Below, piece by piece: positions 9,666-19,617 of a stretch of DNA of 64,000 nt. The notes below the pieces were generated by a model. The model searched no databases, had not been told where the DNA came from, and saw only the letters and a program-made list of their open reading frames with translations. How positions within the stretch are numbered: position 1 is the stretch's first letter; the number at the start of each line of letters is the position of its first letter. Source of the stretch: Polyangiaceae bacterium. Its GTDB lineage: Bacteria > Myxococcota_A > Polyangia > Polyangiales > Polyangiaceae. The translations under genes were made by a program, and so were the position numbers. Location of the stretch: positions 138,381 through 202,380 of the forward strand of contig JBNKBE010000006.1 in assembly GCA_050287085.1 (NCBI GenBank), written 5' to 3'.

Positions 9666-11534
9666 GTGAATCAGCTCGCGTCACATTCGGTGTCGGAGGT
9701 GCCAAAGCCGGTTCTGGGCACCGATCTCAAGGCATTGCCCATCACGCCCGAAGACGCCTTCGTGTTGTCAAGAGTCGACGGCAGAGCGTCCGTCCGCGAC
9801 ATCGTGTTGGCCACAGGCCTGACAGCGGATACAGTTCAACGTTGCCTCGAGCATCTTGCGGCGTTGGGTGCGGTGCGCACGTTGCACGGGTTGCCCCCGA
9901 CCGGAAGACCCAGCGCAGAATCTTCCGGTTCCAATGGCGTCGCTGCTCTCGACTCCGCGGCAGCTCTCGTCGTCCCCCCTCCCGGAGCGTCGTTCCTGCG
10001 CGACATAGACGTGAGCAACCCGGCGGCTCTACAGGAGGCGGTGACGCGCATCGCCGGGCAAACGCACTACGAGCTCTTGGGCCTACCGCGAGATGCGGAT
10101 CGAGCAGCGATCAAAGCCGCCTACTTCTCCTTGGTCGGGCGCTTCCACCTCGATCAGTACTACGGTGAAGACCTCCAATCTCGCAAGCCTCTGCTGACAG
10201 CCCTCTTCCAACGCCTCACTGAAGCCCACGACACGCTCAGCCGTAGCCGGCGCCGCGCTGCATACGATGAGCAACTGCCCCCGGCCGAAGGCGGTCTCCG
10301 GCGGGCGACGTCGGAGGGTTCACAGAGCAAGCCTCCCCCCGCTGAACACCAAACAAGAAACCCGCCACCGATGGGCGCCGCCGCCGTGAGCGCAACGCCC
10401 ACCCCGGGCCGCTCCGCGGCGTCACCCAGCGCGCGACCTGGCGCGCGGCCTAGCGCGCCGCCCACTACTGCGCCGCGGCCCAGCGCGCCGCCCACCGCGC
10501 CGCCCAGCGCGCGGCCTACCGCGCCGCCCAGCGCGCGGCCTACGGCGCCGCCCAGCGCGCCACCCGGCGTCGGAACGCGGCCCAGTGTGCGGCCAACCAC
10601 GCCATCGGGTGCCAGCGCCACCTCCCCCCGCGCGACCAATGCTGGAGCGACGTTCGGCCACCCTCGAAATAGCTCGATTCCGGCCCCGCTTGCCGCAAGC
10701 GGGCCAACCGTCCCCGCAGCGACGAACACCCCATCGCGCAACAGCACGACGCTGCGACCGGGCGCCTACCCATCACCGACCTCCAACCTCCAGCACCCAA
10801 GCCTCGTCTCCGGCGCTTCGAATCGGCCACCGGCCAGCGACGGGCCCAGCCGTTTCGTATCCCTCCCCGCGGGCGGCAACGCGGAATCGAACGGCCCGCA
10901 GGTGCCCAATTCGCGCCGCCGCAATCTCGAACGCTCGCTCCGAAGCTCAGGCGCCGCAGCCGCCCTGACATCCGTGCCCGCAGCGTCCTCGACCACGTCC
11001 GAGCCAGCCCTCCCGCCGCCCGGTCATCGCGGCGCCGCCCACTATGTCGCCAGTGCAAAGCGGGCGTCGGCCGAGGGTGATGCGTTGGCCGCCGTGAACG
11101 CGCTGCGCATTGGGCTTTCCCTGGCTCCCGAGGACGAGCGCATCCAGCGACTGCTCGCAGAAGCCCAGGCGCGAGCTGAGCGAACGCACGCCGAGCACTA
11201 CCTCGAGCGAGCGCGGGAACGGGAGCGGGCGGGACAGTCACAAGATGCCTTCCGACTCTACTTGAAGGCGGCGCGGGGCAAAGCGAACGCCAGTCTCTTC
11301 GCCCATGCAGCCGAATTGGGCTACTCAATGGGCCACAATCTCAAAGAGACGAGCCATGCTGCACGACGTGCCGTGGAGCTGGACCCCACCAATCCGCATT
11401 TGCGTCTTCTCCTCGGACGCATCTATGCTGCAGCCGGGATGCAGGCTAGTGCGTCGTCGGAATTCGACAAAGCCCTTGAACTAGCACCAACAGACAAAGA
11501 CCTTGTGGCTCGTGTGAAGGCCGCACGCCAGTAG
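9666..11534 (+). CDS. J-domain protein with N-terminal winged-helix-like module, Pro-rich linker and C-terminal TPRs
   Basis: THYELLGLPRDADRAAIKAAY...FHLD...FQRLTEAHDTLS...RRAAYD J-domain pattern; TPR-like repeats (AVELDPTN, KALELAPTD); directly upstream of dnaK. Confidence 0.85.
   Translation: MNQLASHSVSEVPKPVLGTDLKALPITPEDAFVLSRVDGRASVRDIVLATGLTADTVQRCLEHLAALGAVRTLHGLPPTGRPSAESSGSNGVAALDSAAALVVPPPGASFLRDIDVSNPAALQEAVTRIAGQTHYELLGLPRDADRAAIKAAYFSLVGRFHLDQYYGEDLQSRKPLLTALFQRLTEAHDTLSRSRRRAAYDEQLPPAEGGLRRATSEGSQSKPPPAEHQTRNPPPMGAAAVSATPTPGRSAASPSARPGARPSAPPTTAPRPSAPPTAPPSARPTAPPSARPTAPPSAPPGVGTRPSVRPTTPSGASATSPRATNAGATFGHPRNSSIPAPLAASGPTVPAATNTPSRNSTTLRPGAYPSPTSNLQHPSLVSGASNRPPASDGPSRFVSLPAGGNAESNGPQVPNSRRRNLERSLRSSGAAAALTSVPAASSTTSEPALPPPGHRGAAHYVASAKRASAEGDALAAVNALRIGLSLAPEDERIQRLLAEAQARAERTHAEHYLERARERERAGQSQDAFRLYLKAARGKANASLFAHAAELGYSMGHNLKETSHAARRAVELDPTNPHLRLLLGRIYAAAGMQASASSEFDKALELAPTDKDLVARVKAARQ
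10425..10605 (+). repeat. Coding tandem repeats encoding PSA(R/P)PTAP-type Pro-rich linker
   Basis: Imperfect ~24-bp units such as cccagcgcgcggcctac(c/g)gcgccg; approximate boundaries. Confidence 0.7.
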
Positions 11535-11545
11535 ACTTCGGGAGC

Positions 11546-13375
11546 ATGATGGACCGCGTAATCGGGATAGATCTCGGCACAACGAACTGCTGTGTCAGCG
11601 TGTTGGGGGACGACGGACCCATCGTCATCCCTAATAAGGGGGGCTATAAGACGACTCCCAGTATGGTCGCGGTCACGCAAGCCGGAAAACGGCTCGTTGG
11701 CCACATTGCGAAACGTCAAGCGATCACCAATGCCGAAAACACCGTCTACGCGGCCAAACGTTTGATCGGGCGCAAGTGGGGTAGCCGTCAGGTCGAAAAC
11801 GCCCGCCTCACCGCGAGTTATTCAGTCGTCGAAGGCCCCCACGACGATGTGCGCATTCAACTCCGCGAGCGGAGCTATTCCGTTCCCGAAGTCAGCTCCA
11901 TGCTCCTGCAAGAGATGAAAATCATCGCGGAGGATTTCCTAGGCGTGCCAGCGGAACGCGCCGTCATCACGGTACCGGCGTATTTCAACGATAATCAACG
12001 CCAGGCCACCAAAGACGCTGGTCAAATCGCCGGACTCGATGTCATTCGCATCATCAACGAGCCCACGGCGGCCGCGCTCGCTTTCGGGCACGGCAAGCAA
12101 TTGAATCAGACCGTGGCGGTCTACGATCTGGGGGGAGGCACCTTCGATGTATCCGTCTTGGAAATCGGTTCCAACTCGGTGTTCAAGGTCATCGCCACGA
12201 CTGGAGATACGTTCCTCGGCGGAGAAGACTTCGATGCCCGCGTGCTCGATTGGTTGGTCGATGACTTCAAGCGCGAACATCACATCGATCTGAAGCAGGA
12301 TCGGATGGCACTCCAGCGGCTCAAGGACGCCGCCGAGAAGGCCAAATGCGAGCTCTCCAGCGTGAGCGAAGCGGAGATCAATCTGCCCTTCATCATCTCG
12401 ACTGGACGCAACGAAGCCCTGCACTTGCAGAAGTCCATTTCGCGTTCGCAGTTGGAATCGTTGACGTTGGATCTCGTGGAGCGCACTGTTGAAATCTGCC
12501 GAGATGCCCTGAAAGACGCCAGCCTGGACGTGGACGACATCGACGACGTCCTGCTGGTCGGAGGTATGACGCGAATGCCTGCGATTCGCACCGCGGTGAG
12601 TGACTTCTTCAAGCGGCGCCCCAATCAAGGTGTGCATCCGGATGAAGTCGTCGCCTTGGGAGCCGCCATTCAGGGCGCCGCTCTCACGGATCGCAAGAAG
12701 CATCAGATGCTGCTCCTGGACGTCACTCCACACGCTTTGGGTATCATGACTGCGGGGCGTCACTTCGAAGAAGTCATCGCTCAGAACACGACCGTTCCGA
12801 CCCACAGCAGCAAGGTGTTTACTACCAGCCGAGACAATCAGACGACCGTCAAGATCTTGGTGATGCAAGGGGAGAGCACTCACGCTCGTGACAACGAACT
12901 ACTTGGCGAGTTCAACCTGACCGGGCTTCGCCAGGCGGCCCGAGGTGAGGTTGAGGTCGAAGTCACCTTCTCCATCGATACGGACGGTATAGTGAGCGTC
13001 AGCGCCAAAGACCTAGAGACTGGGCAAGCTCAGTCGATTCAGGTGACAGCATCCAGCGGGCTCACTGAGCAAGAGGTGTCTCAGATGATCGAGGGCGCCA
13101 AGGAATACCTCGTGGAGCGGCGCGCCGACGAGGAGCTTGAACAGGTGCGGCAAGAGGTTGAAACCTTGTCGGCCGAAATCAATCAGTTGCTGCCTCGAGT
13201 CGAAGATTTGGTCGGGCAGAGTGAATTCGGTCGTGATGCGGTGAGCAAGGCCCGCGAAGTCCTGCTTCGAGCCGGTGAGGCGCTCGACAGCGGCGATGTC
13301 GCCAGTGTCCGAGTCGAGCTTGAGTCCCTGGAGCGGACGCGTCGAATGTTCCGAGGCGTGGTCGGGAGTTCTTGA
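11546..13375 (+). CDS. dnaK: Hsp70/DnaK family chaperone (short C-terminus, likely paralog)
   Basis: [58 protein letters not shown]. Confidence 0.95.
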   Translation: MMDRVIGIDLGTTNCCVSVLGDDGPIVIPNKGGYKTTPSMVAVTQAGKRLVGHIAKRQAITNAENTVYAAKRLIGRKWGSRQVENARLTASYSVVEGPHDDVRIQLRERSYSVPEVSSMLLQEMKIIAEDFLGVPAERAVITVPAYFNDNQRQATKDAGQIAGLDVIRIINEPTAAALAFGHGKQLNQTVAVYDLGGGTFDVSVLEIGSNSVFKVIATTGDTFLGGEDFDARVLDWLVDDFKREHHIDLKQDRMALQRLKDAAEKAKCELSSVSEAEINLPFIISTGRNEALHLQKSISRSQLESLTLDLVERTVEICRDALKDASLDVDDIDDVLLVGGMTRMPAIRTAVSDFFKRRPNQGVHPDEVVALGAAIQGAALTDRKKHQMLLLDVTPHALGIMTAGRHFEEVIAQNTTVPTHSSKVFTTSRDNQTTVKILVMQGESTHARDNELLGEFNLTGLRQAARGEVEVEVTFSIDTDGIVSVSAKDLETGQAQSIQVTASSGLTEQEVSQMIEGAKEYLVERRADEELEQVRQEVETLSAEINQLLPRVEDLVGQSEFGRDAVSKAREVLLRAGEALDSGDVASVRVELESLERTRRMFRGVVGSS

Positions 13376-14368
13376 GTGGGATTGGGGGACCTCTTCAAGC
13401 GCGGCAACCTATTGCCGAAGCGCGAGCAGGCAGGCGGTGAGGATCCCCGCAATGAGGGCCAAGGCGCGCAAGACGACAGCGTTTTCGACCGAACCACTGT
13501 GATCCCCGAGCCACCTCAAGCTGAGGAGAATGTGACCGTCGAGGACGTCTTGGACTCCGCGAGCTCGGGCAGTGTTGAGGTCCCCAGCGCCTCGAGCTCC
13601 AAGCGCTCCGACGAACGCGTAGGAACCGGAACCAAGCCATCGCCGGGCATGGGCGATGAGGAGGAAACGGTCGTCAACCGCAACCTATTCGACCTGATAA
13701 CGCTGCAGCCGGCTCCCCTCGATGCCGAGGCGCTCGAGTTCGAAACCCATGCCTGGCCGGGGGAAACTGAGGCAGAGCCGCTGCTTGAAAGCGGTCACCC
13801 ACTCTCGTCGTCGGCGACGCTAGATCTGTCGCCTCACGCCATCTCGCAGCTTGCCGGAGGCGATGAACTGGAGGCTGAAAGCATAGAGCTTGCGGCCAAT
13901 AGCGCGCTCGCATTCGTCGACGAAACGGACGCGATGTCGGAGCCCCGCTGGGAAGGTGACGAGAGCTGCGAATCGGAACGAGAAACCCCCGTGCCCAGGG
14001 TCTCGTCGAGCCCCTTGTCAGATCTATACGCGGTCGGGGATTTCACGGGCGCTTTGCGCAGCGCGGAAGCCCGGCTAGCCGCCGATCCAGACGACGCCGA
14101 GGCCAGCAGATACGCGGCTCGCTGCCGGGACGTATTGACCCAGATGTACCTATCGAGACTCGGCGACCTGCGTCGCCCGGTGCGCCTGCTGGTGCCCCCC
14201 TCAAAGCTCAAGTGGCTATCGATCGATCACAAGGCGGGCTTTGTCATCAGCCTGATCGACGGTACGAGCAGCGTGGAGGACGTCCTGGATCTATGCGCGA
14301 TGCCAAACGTCGAAGCGATGCGAATCATGGTCGAGCTACTGGAAAAAGAGGTCGTAGCCTTCGGCTAG
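13376..14368 (+). CDS. Hypothetical protein, acidic disordered N-terminus plus TPR-like and winged-helix-like C-terminus
   Basis: GTG directly follows the dnaK stop; C-terminal LSIDHKAGFVISLIDGTSSVEDVLDLCAMP module. Confidence 0.75.
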   Translation: MGLGDLFKRGNLLPKREQAGGEDPRNEGQGAQDDSVFDRTTVIPEPPQAEENVTVEDVLDSASSGSVEVPSASSSKRSDERVGTGTKPSPGMGDEEETVVNRNLFDLITLQPAPLDAEALEFETHAWPGETEAEPLLESGHPLSSSATLDLSPHAISQLAGGDELEAESIELAANSALAFVDETDAMSEPRWEGDESCESERETPVPRVSSSPLSDLYAVGDFTGALRSAEARLAADPDDAEASRYAARCRDVLTQMYLSRLGDLRRPVRLLVPPSKLKWLSIDHKAGFVISLIDGTSSVEDVLDLCAMPNVEAMRIMVELLEKEVVAFG

Positions 14369-14414
14369 ACGAAAGCGCCGTGCCTTGTTGCATACCTTGA
14401 ACGGCCGTATTGGG

Positions 14415-16247
14415 ATGGCCACCAATAGGCGACCAGTGCCTCATCGGGTCACCTGGGCCGCGGTCGCTGCAAGCTTACTCTTCCCGGTCAATGCGCTTGG
14501 GGAAGAGGCCGCAAATCCCCGCTACGAGATATGGGCACGTCTGGATGCCAGCGCCCACATCGTGGAGGGGCGGTCGAAGGTTACCGTTGTCAACCATTCA
14601 AGTCGGCCCCTGGTGCACCTCGAGTGGCAGCTCTACCTCAATGCGTTTAGTGAAGGAAGCTCGTACAGCAAGTCTCCCATAGGCGAGGCGTTGCACGCGC
14701 AGATGCGCCAAAGCGGCGCGCTGACGGTGCATGCCATGAATGTGCAAGGCGTTGATATCTGGGCAACAGCGGACCCCGTCGTTGCTGGGGACTGGACGTT
14801 GGTCGGCGTCACGCTGCCTCAACCCTTACCTTCTGGAGCCCACGCCGACGTCGAAGTCGAATGGACCGCTGAGCTACCCTCATTGGTGCAGCGCACTGGC
14901 TTCGCATCGGACTTCCACTTCGTCGGCCAATGGTACCCCAAGCTCGCCAAGCTCGAATCAAACGGCACCTTTGCCGGCGCGGCATTTCACCCGCTGGCGG
15001 AGTTCTACGCCGACTACGCAGACTACCGTGTCACACTCGACACACCTGAGGCGGAGCGCGTAGGAGCCAGCGGCACTTTGACGCGAGAGCAGGTCCTCGA
15101 AGGACGCAAACTGAGCACCTTCGAACTTTCGCGCGCACTCGACTTTGCCTGGAGCGCATGGCCACGCTTCTCCCAACTCTCCACCCGCCTGGGCGGTATC
15201 CACGTGCAGGTGCTGTACCCACCAGGGCATAGTGCGAACGCGAAGGAAACACTATCTACTCTCGCTCAGGCGCTGCCCTACTTTGCCTCGCGTTATGGCC
15301 CCTACCCCTACCCAAACCTCACGGTCGTGCATCCTCCCCTCTGGGCGAACGCGGCTGGGGGGATGGAGTACCCGACTCTGATCACCACCGGCGGCTCCTG
15401 GCGAAGCGCTTGGCTCAACGTAGATGTCCCGACCGTGACAGTCCACGAGCTAGCTCACCAATGGTTTTACGGACTGGTTGCGAGCGACGAACGGCGCTAC
15501 CCCTTCCTGGATGAAGGGCTTGCTTCCTACGCCGAGTACAACTTCTTGACCACCCATGCGATAGCAACAAGGCTGCTTGGATTGAGACTTCCCCCGTTTG
15601 CCAAGGCGCGGATGCTCTATGGGGTAAGAGCTCACCTACCACTGGCAACGGCCGCAGCAGAGTTATCCAGCCTCGACGAGCTAGCGGTCACAGCCTATCA
15701 CCGACCAGCACTGCTCCTCGAGACACTCGCGCGAACTTACGGACGCGCCGGTGTAGACGGGGCGCTCCAGATGTACGCGCGTGAACAGCGTTTCAAACAC
15801 GCAACGCCGGAGTCCTTGGCTCGAGCTCTACAACACCACCTCGGCGAGGACGCAGCGGAGCTCTTCCGCGCTGTTGCATTCGAGGAAAGCGCCCTCGACT
15901 ACCGCGTTTCCGAGGTGCTCCAGCAAGCGTGCGTCGCCGGCGATTGTGGCCACTCCCGGGTCCTAGTAGAGCGCAGCGGTGGCCTTCCACTCCCCATCGA
16001 CGTGCTGGTCATCGAAGACTCGGGCGACCGTCACCACTTCGCTTTGGATGGGCGACAGGTGCGCTACGAACTCACCGTGACAACCCGATCCCCCATCGCG
16101 AGTGCGCAGCTGGACCCCGCGCGTCATAACTTGCTCGATGACGACCTGCTCAACAACACCTGGCGTCGCTCCCCGGAGCCGGCTCAGCGCACGCGCGCGT
16201 GGCTGACCGCACTATGCGCCCTATTTCTAGCCATTTTGGCTCCCTAA
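14415..16247 (+). CDS. M1 family metalloaminopeptidase (exported, C-terminal membrane anchor)
   Basis: GGMEYP, HELAHQWF, distal DEGLA; N-terminal signal-like segment; hydrophobic C-terminus. Confidence 0.9.
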   Translation: MATNRRPVPHRVTWAAVAASLLFPVNALGEEAANPRYEIWARLDASAHIVEGRSKVTVVNHSSRPLVHLEWQLYLNAFSEGSSYSKSPIGEALHAQMRQSGALTVHAMNVQGVDIWATADPVVAGDWTLVGVTLPQPLPSGAHADVEVEWTAELPSLVQRTGFASDFHFVGQWYPKLAKLESNGTFAGAAFHPLAEFYADYADYRVTLDTPEAERVGASGTLTREQVLEGRKLSTFELSRALDFAWSAWPRFSQLSTRLGGIHVQVLYPPGHSANAKETLSTLAQALPYFASRYGPYPYPNLTVVHPPLWANAAGGMEYPTLITTGGSWRSAWLNVDVPTVTVHELAHQWFYGLVASDERRYPFLDEGLASYAEYNFLTTHAIATRLLGLRLPPFAKARMLYGVRAHLPLATAAAELSSLDELAVTAYHRPALLLETLARTYGRAGVDGALQMYAREQRFKHATPESLARALQHHLGEDAAELFRAVAFEESALDYRVSEVLQQACVAGDCGHSRVLVERSGGLPLPIDVLVIEDSGDRHHFALDGRQVRYELTVTTRSPIASAQLDPARHNLLDDDLLNNTWRRSPEPAQRTRAWLTALCALFLAILAP

Positions 16248-16312
16248 ACGGAGGACCCAGGCGACCCCTCGATTCCGGCGCCCCCCAGAACTCAATCCGC
16301 TATCGTGGGCCG

Positions 16313-17155
16313 GTGCTCTCTCTGCCTCTCATGCTGCCCGCGGCTCTTTACATCGCCATCAGCGTGGCCGGCAGCTGGCTCGCCGCCAGCGCCTACCTCT
16401 CAACGGTCGTTGACGCGCTCGGTCCCAACGCCGCGAGCGACGAGTTGTTCTCCCCAGATGGTCTTGTCCTCGTGGAATTGCTCAACCATGGAGTGCCGAC
16501 CTTGACCGACGCCGGGGTGTACGCGCACCTCTGGCTCTTTGCGAGCGCATTGCTTTCGCTTGCGCCGCTCGACAAATACCTACGCCTTGCCCCAGTCGGA
16601 CGCCGGAATCACTGGGGCGAAGCCTGGGCTTCGCGCTCGTTCATCTGGTTGCTGACTACGGGCCTAGGATTGCTGCTCGCATTCCTGGGCGTGGTATTTG
16701 CCCGCGGCTCGTCGTCACTCTTCGCACCCACGCTGGCCGCCCCATGGCCTGACATCCTGGCTCTCGCCCTCGCCCTTCCACTTGCTCTCGCGAGCCTGTT
16801 GCTGGCAGTGCTCGGCGCCCTCAGCCAAGCGTCGTACGGCGCGCAGAACTCGGTCTACGCGGCCTTCCGCACGGCGCTCGCGACATGGGCACACGCGCCA
16901 CTCAAGCGCTCGCTCGAATGGCTTGCGTTTCGACTGCTGGGGGTTCTGCTCGTTGCAGTAGCCCTACGCGCCAGCCTGGTCGGGGCCCGGGCTCCCGCAG
17001 CGCATGCTGTGCTGGCAAGCGCCTTGGCCGCGTGCGTTCGCCTTGGCTACTGGCACGTCTGCAAACGCCGGCTCATGCGGCCTGGCGCACGGTCGTTCGA
17101 TACAGCTTCTCGTAGCGCCGCGCCGCACGATCCCATCCCAGATCCAGACGCATGA
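16313..17155 (+). CDS. Hypothetical multi-pass membrane protein
   Basis: About 6 hydrophobic segments; GTG at 16313 preceded by TATCGT-N6 (alternative ATG at 16331). Confidence 0.6.
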   Translation: MLSLPLMLPAALYIAISVAGSWLAASAYLSTVVDALGPNAASDELFSPDGLVLVELLNHGVPTLTDAGVYAHLWLFASALLSLAPLDKYLRLAPVGRRNHWGEAWASRSFIWLLTTGLGLLLAFLGVVFARGSSSLFAPTLAAPWPDILALALALPLALASLLLAVLGALSQASYGAQNSVYAAFRTALATWAHAPLKRSLEWLAFRLLGVLLVAVALRASLVGARAPAAHAVLASALAACVRLGYWHVCKRRLMRPGARSFDTASRSAAPHDPIPDPDA

Positions 17156-18512
17156 CCCGACGTCGCAGCTTGCCCCAACCGGGTCTAGTGCAAGCCGACA
17201 GCGCGCGCGCAACCGCACCATACACGGCATCAGAAGACTCCTCGTCAAAGAGGAAGCCGGTGCCGGTGCTAAGATCCGCGCTGCAGTCTACAATGGCGTC
17301 GCAAGCGGCCGGGGTTGCATAGGCAACCGGAACTGCGCCGTAGCGCTGTGCCGCGAAGATCGCAGGAGAGGTCCACCGCTCGGTGCTAGCGCATAGGGCG
17401 ATGTCCGCGGCGGCTAGAGCTCGGCGACGATCCGCCGCTGCATCGCTTGGGATGTAGCGAAAGCCCGGAAGCTTTCGAAGCTTGGCCGCGGAAAGCTGCC
17501 GTTCGACCGCCTTGGAGCCGGTGCCGACGACGACACAGTGCGCCCCATTTTCGATGAATTTGGGGATCAACGACGGCAGCCATGAGGCCCCCGAGCCCTT
17601 GTCGAGCCCGTCAGCAAAGACCAGTAGGGGTCGCTCAGGATCCAGGTCAATGCCCAGTTCACGGAGCCAAGCCGCTTTGCAGCGCCCCTTGTCCTGGGGT
17701 GCCTCTGCGTCGAAGCGGACCGGGATCGCGGCGTCGGTCGCTGGATTGAAAACGGCGTAGTCGATGCCCCCCGCGATCCCTAGGACCGAAAGCGAAGCTT
17801 CCTTGAGCGCGGCACCAAAGGCCCCTGTAAGCTCGAGCTCCAGCATCGACGTGGCGTAGCTTGCCGACTGCGTGGTCACCCAATCCGCAGACAACATGCC
17901 CCCTTTGAGCAGATTGCCACGATTGCCAAGCCGGTAGCGCTGCCGGGTCGCCGGCTCATCCGGAATGCCAAAAAGGGACAAGTCCTTGAGTATTACCCCG
18001 CCCTGCTGCTCAGCGTTGTAGACCGTCAGGACGGTGGGAAGCGCGGTCAAGACGGGCAGCGCCGCCGCAGCCCAACCGTGCGCATGGACGACGTGGTAGG
18101 GCGAGCCCTCCGCTTCTGCCTGGGCCGCAAGCGCCGATGCGGCTTGGCAAAGCGTGCCCATGCGAGCCTTGTTGTCCGGGTATTCCTTACCCCCGTCTCC
18201 ATAAGCGCCACTCCGGCTCTCCAACGACGGCGACTCGAAGAGCGTAACCCGGACTCCCGACGGGAGCTGGCCGTCAAAAAGCACGACTTCTTCGCCGCTT
18301 GGCAATACGAGCGGCGTCAGCCTACGCGCGAAGAGCAGGCCCGCATCCGAGAAACCAGTCCCGTTGGGAGCGGCCAGCGTCACGCTATGCCCAAGCTCGG
18401 TCAGAGCGCGGCTCAATGCCGTCACGGAAGCGCCCAACCCACCGTCGCGTGGTCCGCCGGAGCTGTCTACCAGGTAGGGGGCTACTTCGGGGCTAACCAT
18501 GAGAATATCCAT
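17073..18512 (-). CDS. Glycogen synthase (GT5, GlgA)-like protein with degenerate catalytic motifs
   Basis: MDILMVSPEVAPY, GGLG, LGHSVT, HVVHAH, NLLKGG, GIDYAVFNPATD, AQRYGAVPV, TGFLF, W..AARRY. The ORF-track extension to 19127 is antisense to argB and was not used. Confidence 0.85.
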   Translation of the reverse strand: MDILMVSPEVAPYLVDSSGGPRDGGLGASVTALSRALTELGHSVTLAAPNGTGFSDAGLLFARRLTPLVLPSGEEVVLFDGQLPSGVRVTLFESPSLESRSGAYGDGGKEYPDNKARMGTLCQAASALAAQAEAEGSPYHVVHAHGWAAAALPVLTALPTVLTVYNAEQQGGVILKDLSLFGIPDEPATRQRYRLGNRGNLLKGGMLSADWVTTQSASYATSMLELELTGAFGAALKEASLSVLGIAGGIDYAVFNPATDAAIPVRFDAEAPQDKGRCKAAWLRELGIDLDPERPLLVFADGLDKGSGASWLPSLIPKFIENGAHCVVVGTGSKAVERQLSAAKLRKLPGFRYIPSDAAADRRRALAAADIALCASTERWTSPAIFAAQRYGAVPVAYATPAACDAIVDCSADLSTGTGFLFDEESSDAVYGAVARALSACTRPGWGKLRRRVMRLDLGWDRAARRYEKLYRTTVRQAA

Positions 18513-18710
18513 CGGGCGCTCGTGTAGCACGAAGCCGTCCGGGCTTGTAGCATGAGTTCCTGCTCGCCCGCGGGAGCGGCCCCAGGAGCCCCACCGGCGC
18601 CGGCCACGCTTCGGACGAAGACCCAATGCCGGACGCCCCCGATGGACGGGCCGATCGCGGGCGGCAGAGATCCGCTCGACGAGGCATGCTGAGACGGATA
18701 AGTTCCGGCC

Positions 18711-19604
18711 ATGTACGACCCTGCCGACAAGGCCGCCATTCTGCACGAGGCGCTCCCTTACATCCGGCGTTTCCGCGGCAAGACCTTCGTCGTGAAGTAC
18801 GGCGGACACGCCATGGTGGACGAAGAGCTCAAGAGCAGCTTTGCGCGGGACATCTGCTTGCTGCACTACGTGGGGATCCGCGTAGTGGTGGTGCACGGCG
18901 GCGGCCCGCAGATCAATAACACCCTGGACCGCCTCGGGATCCAAGCCGAATTCCGTCAGGGCCTGAGGGTCACCGACGACGAAACCATGCGTGTCGTGGA
19001 GATGGTGTTGGCAGGAAGCGTCAATTCGGAAATCGTAGGCCAAATATGCGCGCAAGGCGGACGCGCCCTCGGGCTCTCGGGGCGCGATGACTCGTTTCTC
19101 CAGGCTCGGCCCATGCGGGTTGCACACAGCACGGCAGACGGTGATGTGATGATCGATCTTGGCCGAGTGGGTGAGGTGACAAAGGTTGAACCGAAGCTGC
19201 TTTCCGACTTGGCGGCCAACGGCTTCGTGCCCGTGATTGCCCCCGTAGGCGTCGACGAGCGCGGCGAGCCCCTGAACGTCAACGCCGATCTAGCGGCGGC
19301 GGCCGTCGCAAAGGCCTTGCACGCCTCCAAGTTGGTGTTGATGACCGACGTAAGCGGAGTCAAAGATGCCGCAGGCCAGCACCTGCCGTCGCTCGACGAC
19401 GCCGAAGCCAAACGTCTCATTGCCGACGGCACCATCTCGGGGGGGATGATTCCGAAGGTGGATTGCGCCCTCGATGCGGTGCTCGGCGGCGTCGAGAAGG
19501 TACACATCATCGACGGTCGCCAGCGCCACGCGCTGCTCCTCGAGATATTCACCGACCGCGGTGTGGGCACGGAGATTCACGGCCACAGCACCGTGGGCGA
19601 ATAG
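18711..19604 (+). CDS. argB: Acetylglutamate kinase
   Basis: EALPYI, VVKYGGHAM, VVHGGGPQI, GLRVTD, NVNAD, GGMIPKV, LLEIFTDRGVGT. Confidence 0.97.
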   Translation: MYDPADKAAILHEALPYIRRFRGKTFVVKYGGHAMVDEELKSSFARDICLLHYVGIRVVVVHGGGPQINNTLDRLGIQAEFRQGLRVTDDETMRVVEMVLAGSVNSEIVGQICAQGGRALGLSGRDDSFLQARPMRVAHSTADGDVMIDLGRVGEVTKVEPKLLSDLAANGFVPVIAPVGVDERGEPLNVNADLAAAAVAKALHASKLVLMTDVSGVKDAAGQHLPSLDDAEAKRLIADGTISGGMIPKVDCALDAVLGGVEKVHIIDGRQRHALLLEIFTDRGVGTEIHGHSTVGE

Positions 19605-19617
19605 GCGTGACGCACTG

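Noticed and set aside
11939..12883. 314-aa antisense ORF inside dnaK
   Set aside because: Long antisense ORFs opposite dnaK are a familiar codon-bias artefact; there is no independent support.
18513..19127. 205-aa N-terminal extension of the GlgA-like ORF
   Set aside because: It is antisense to argB; GT5 similarity begins at MDILMV (18512).
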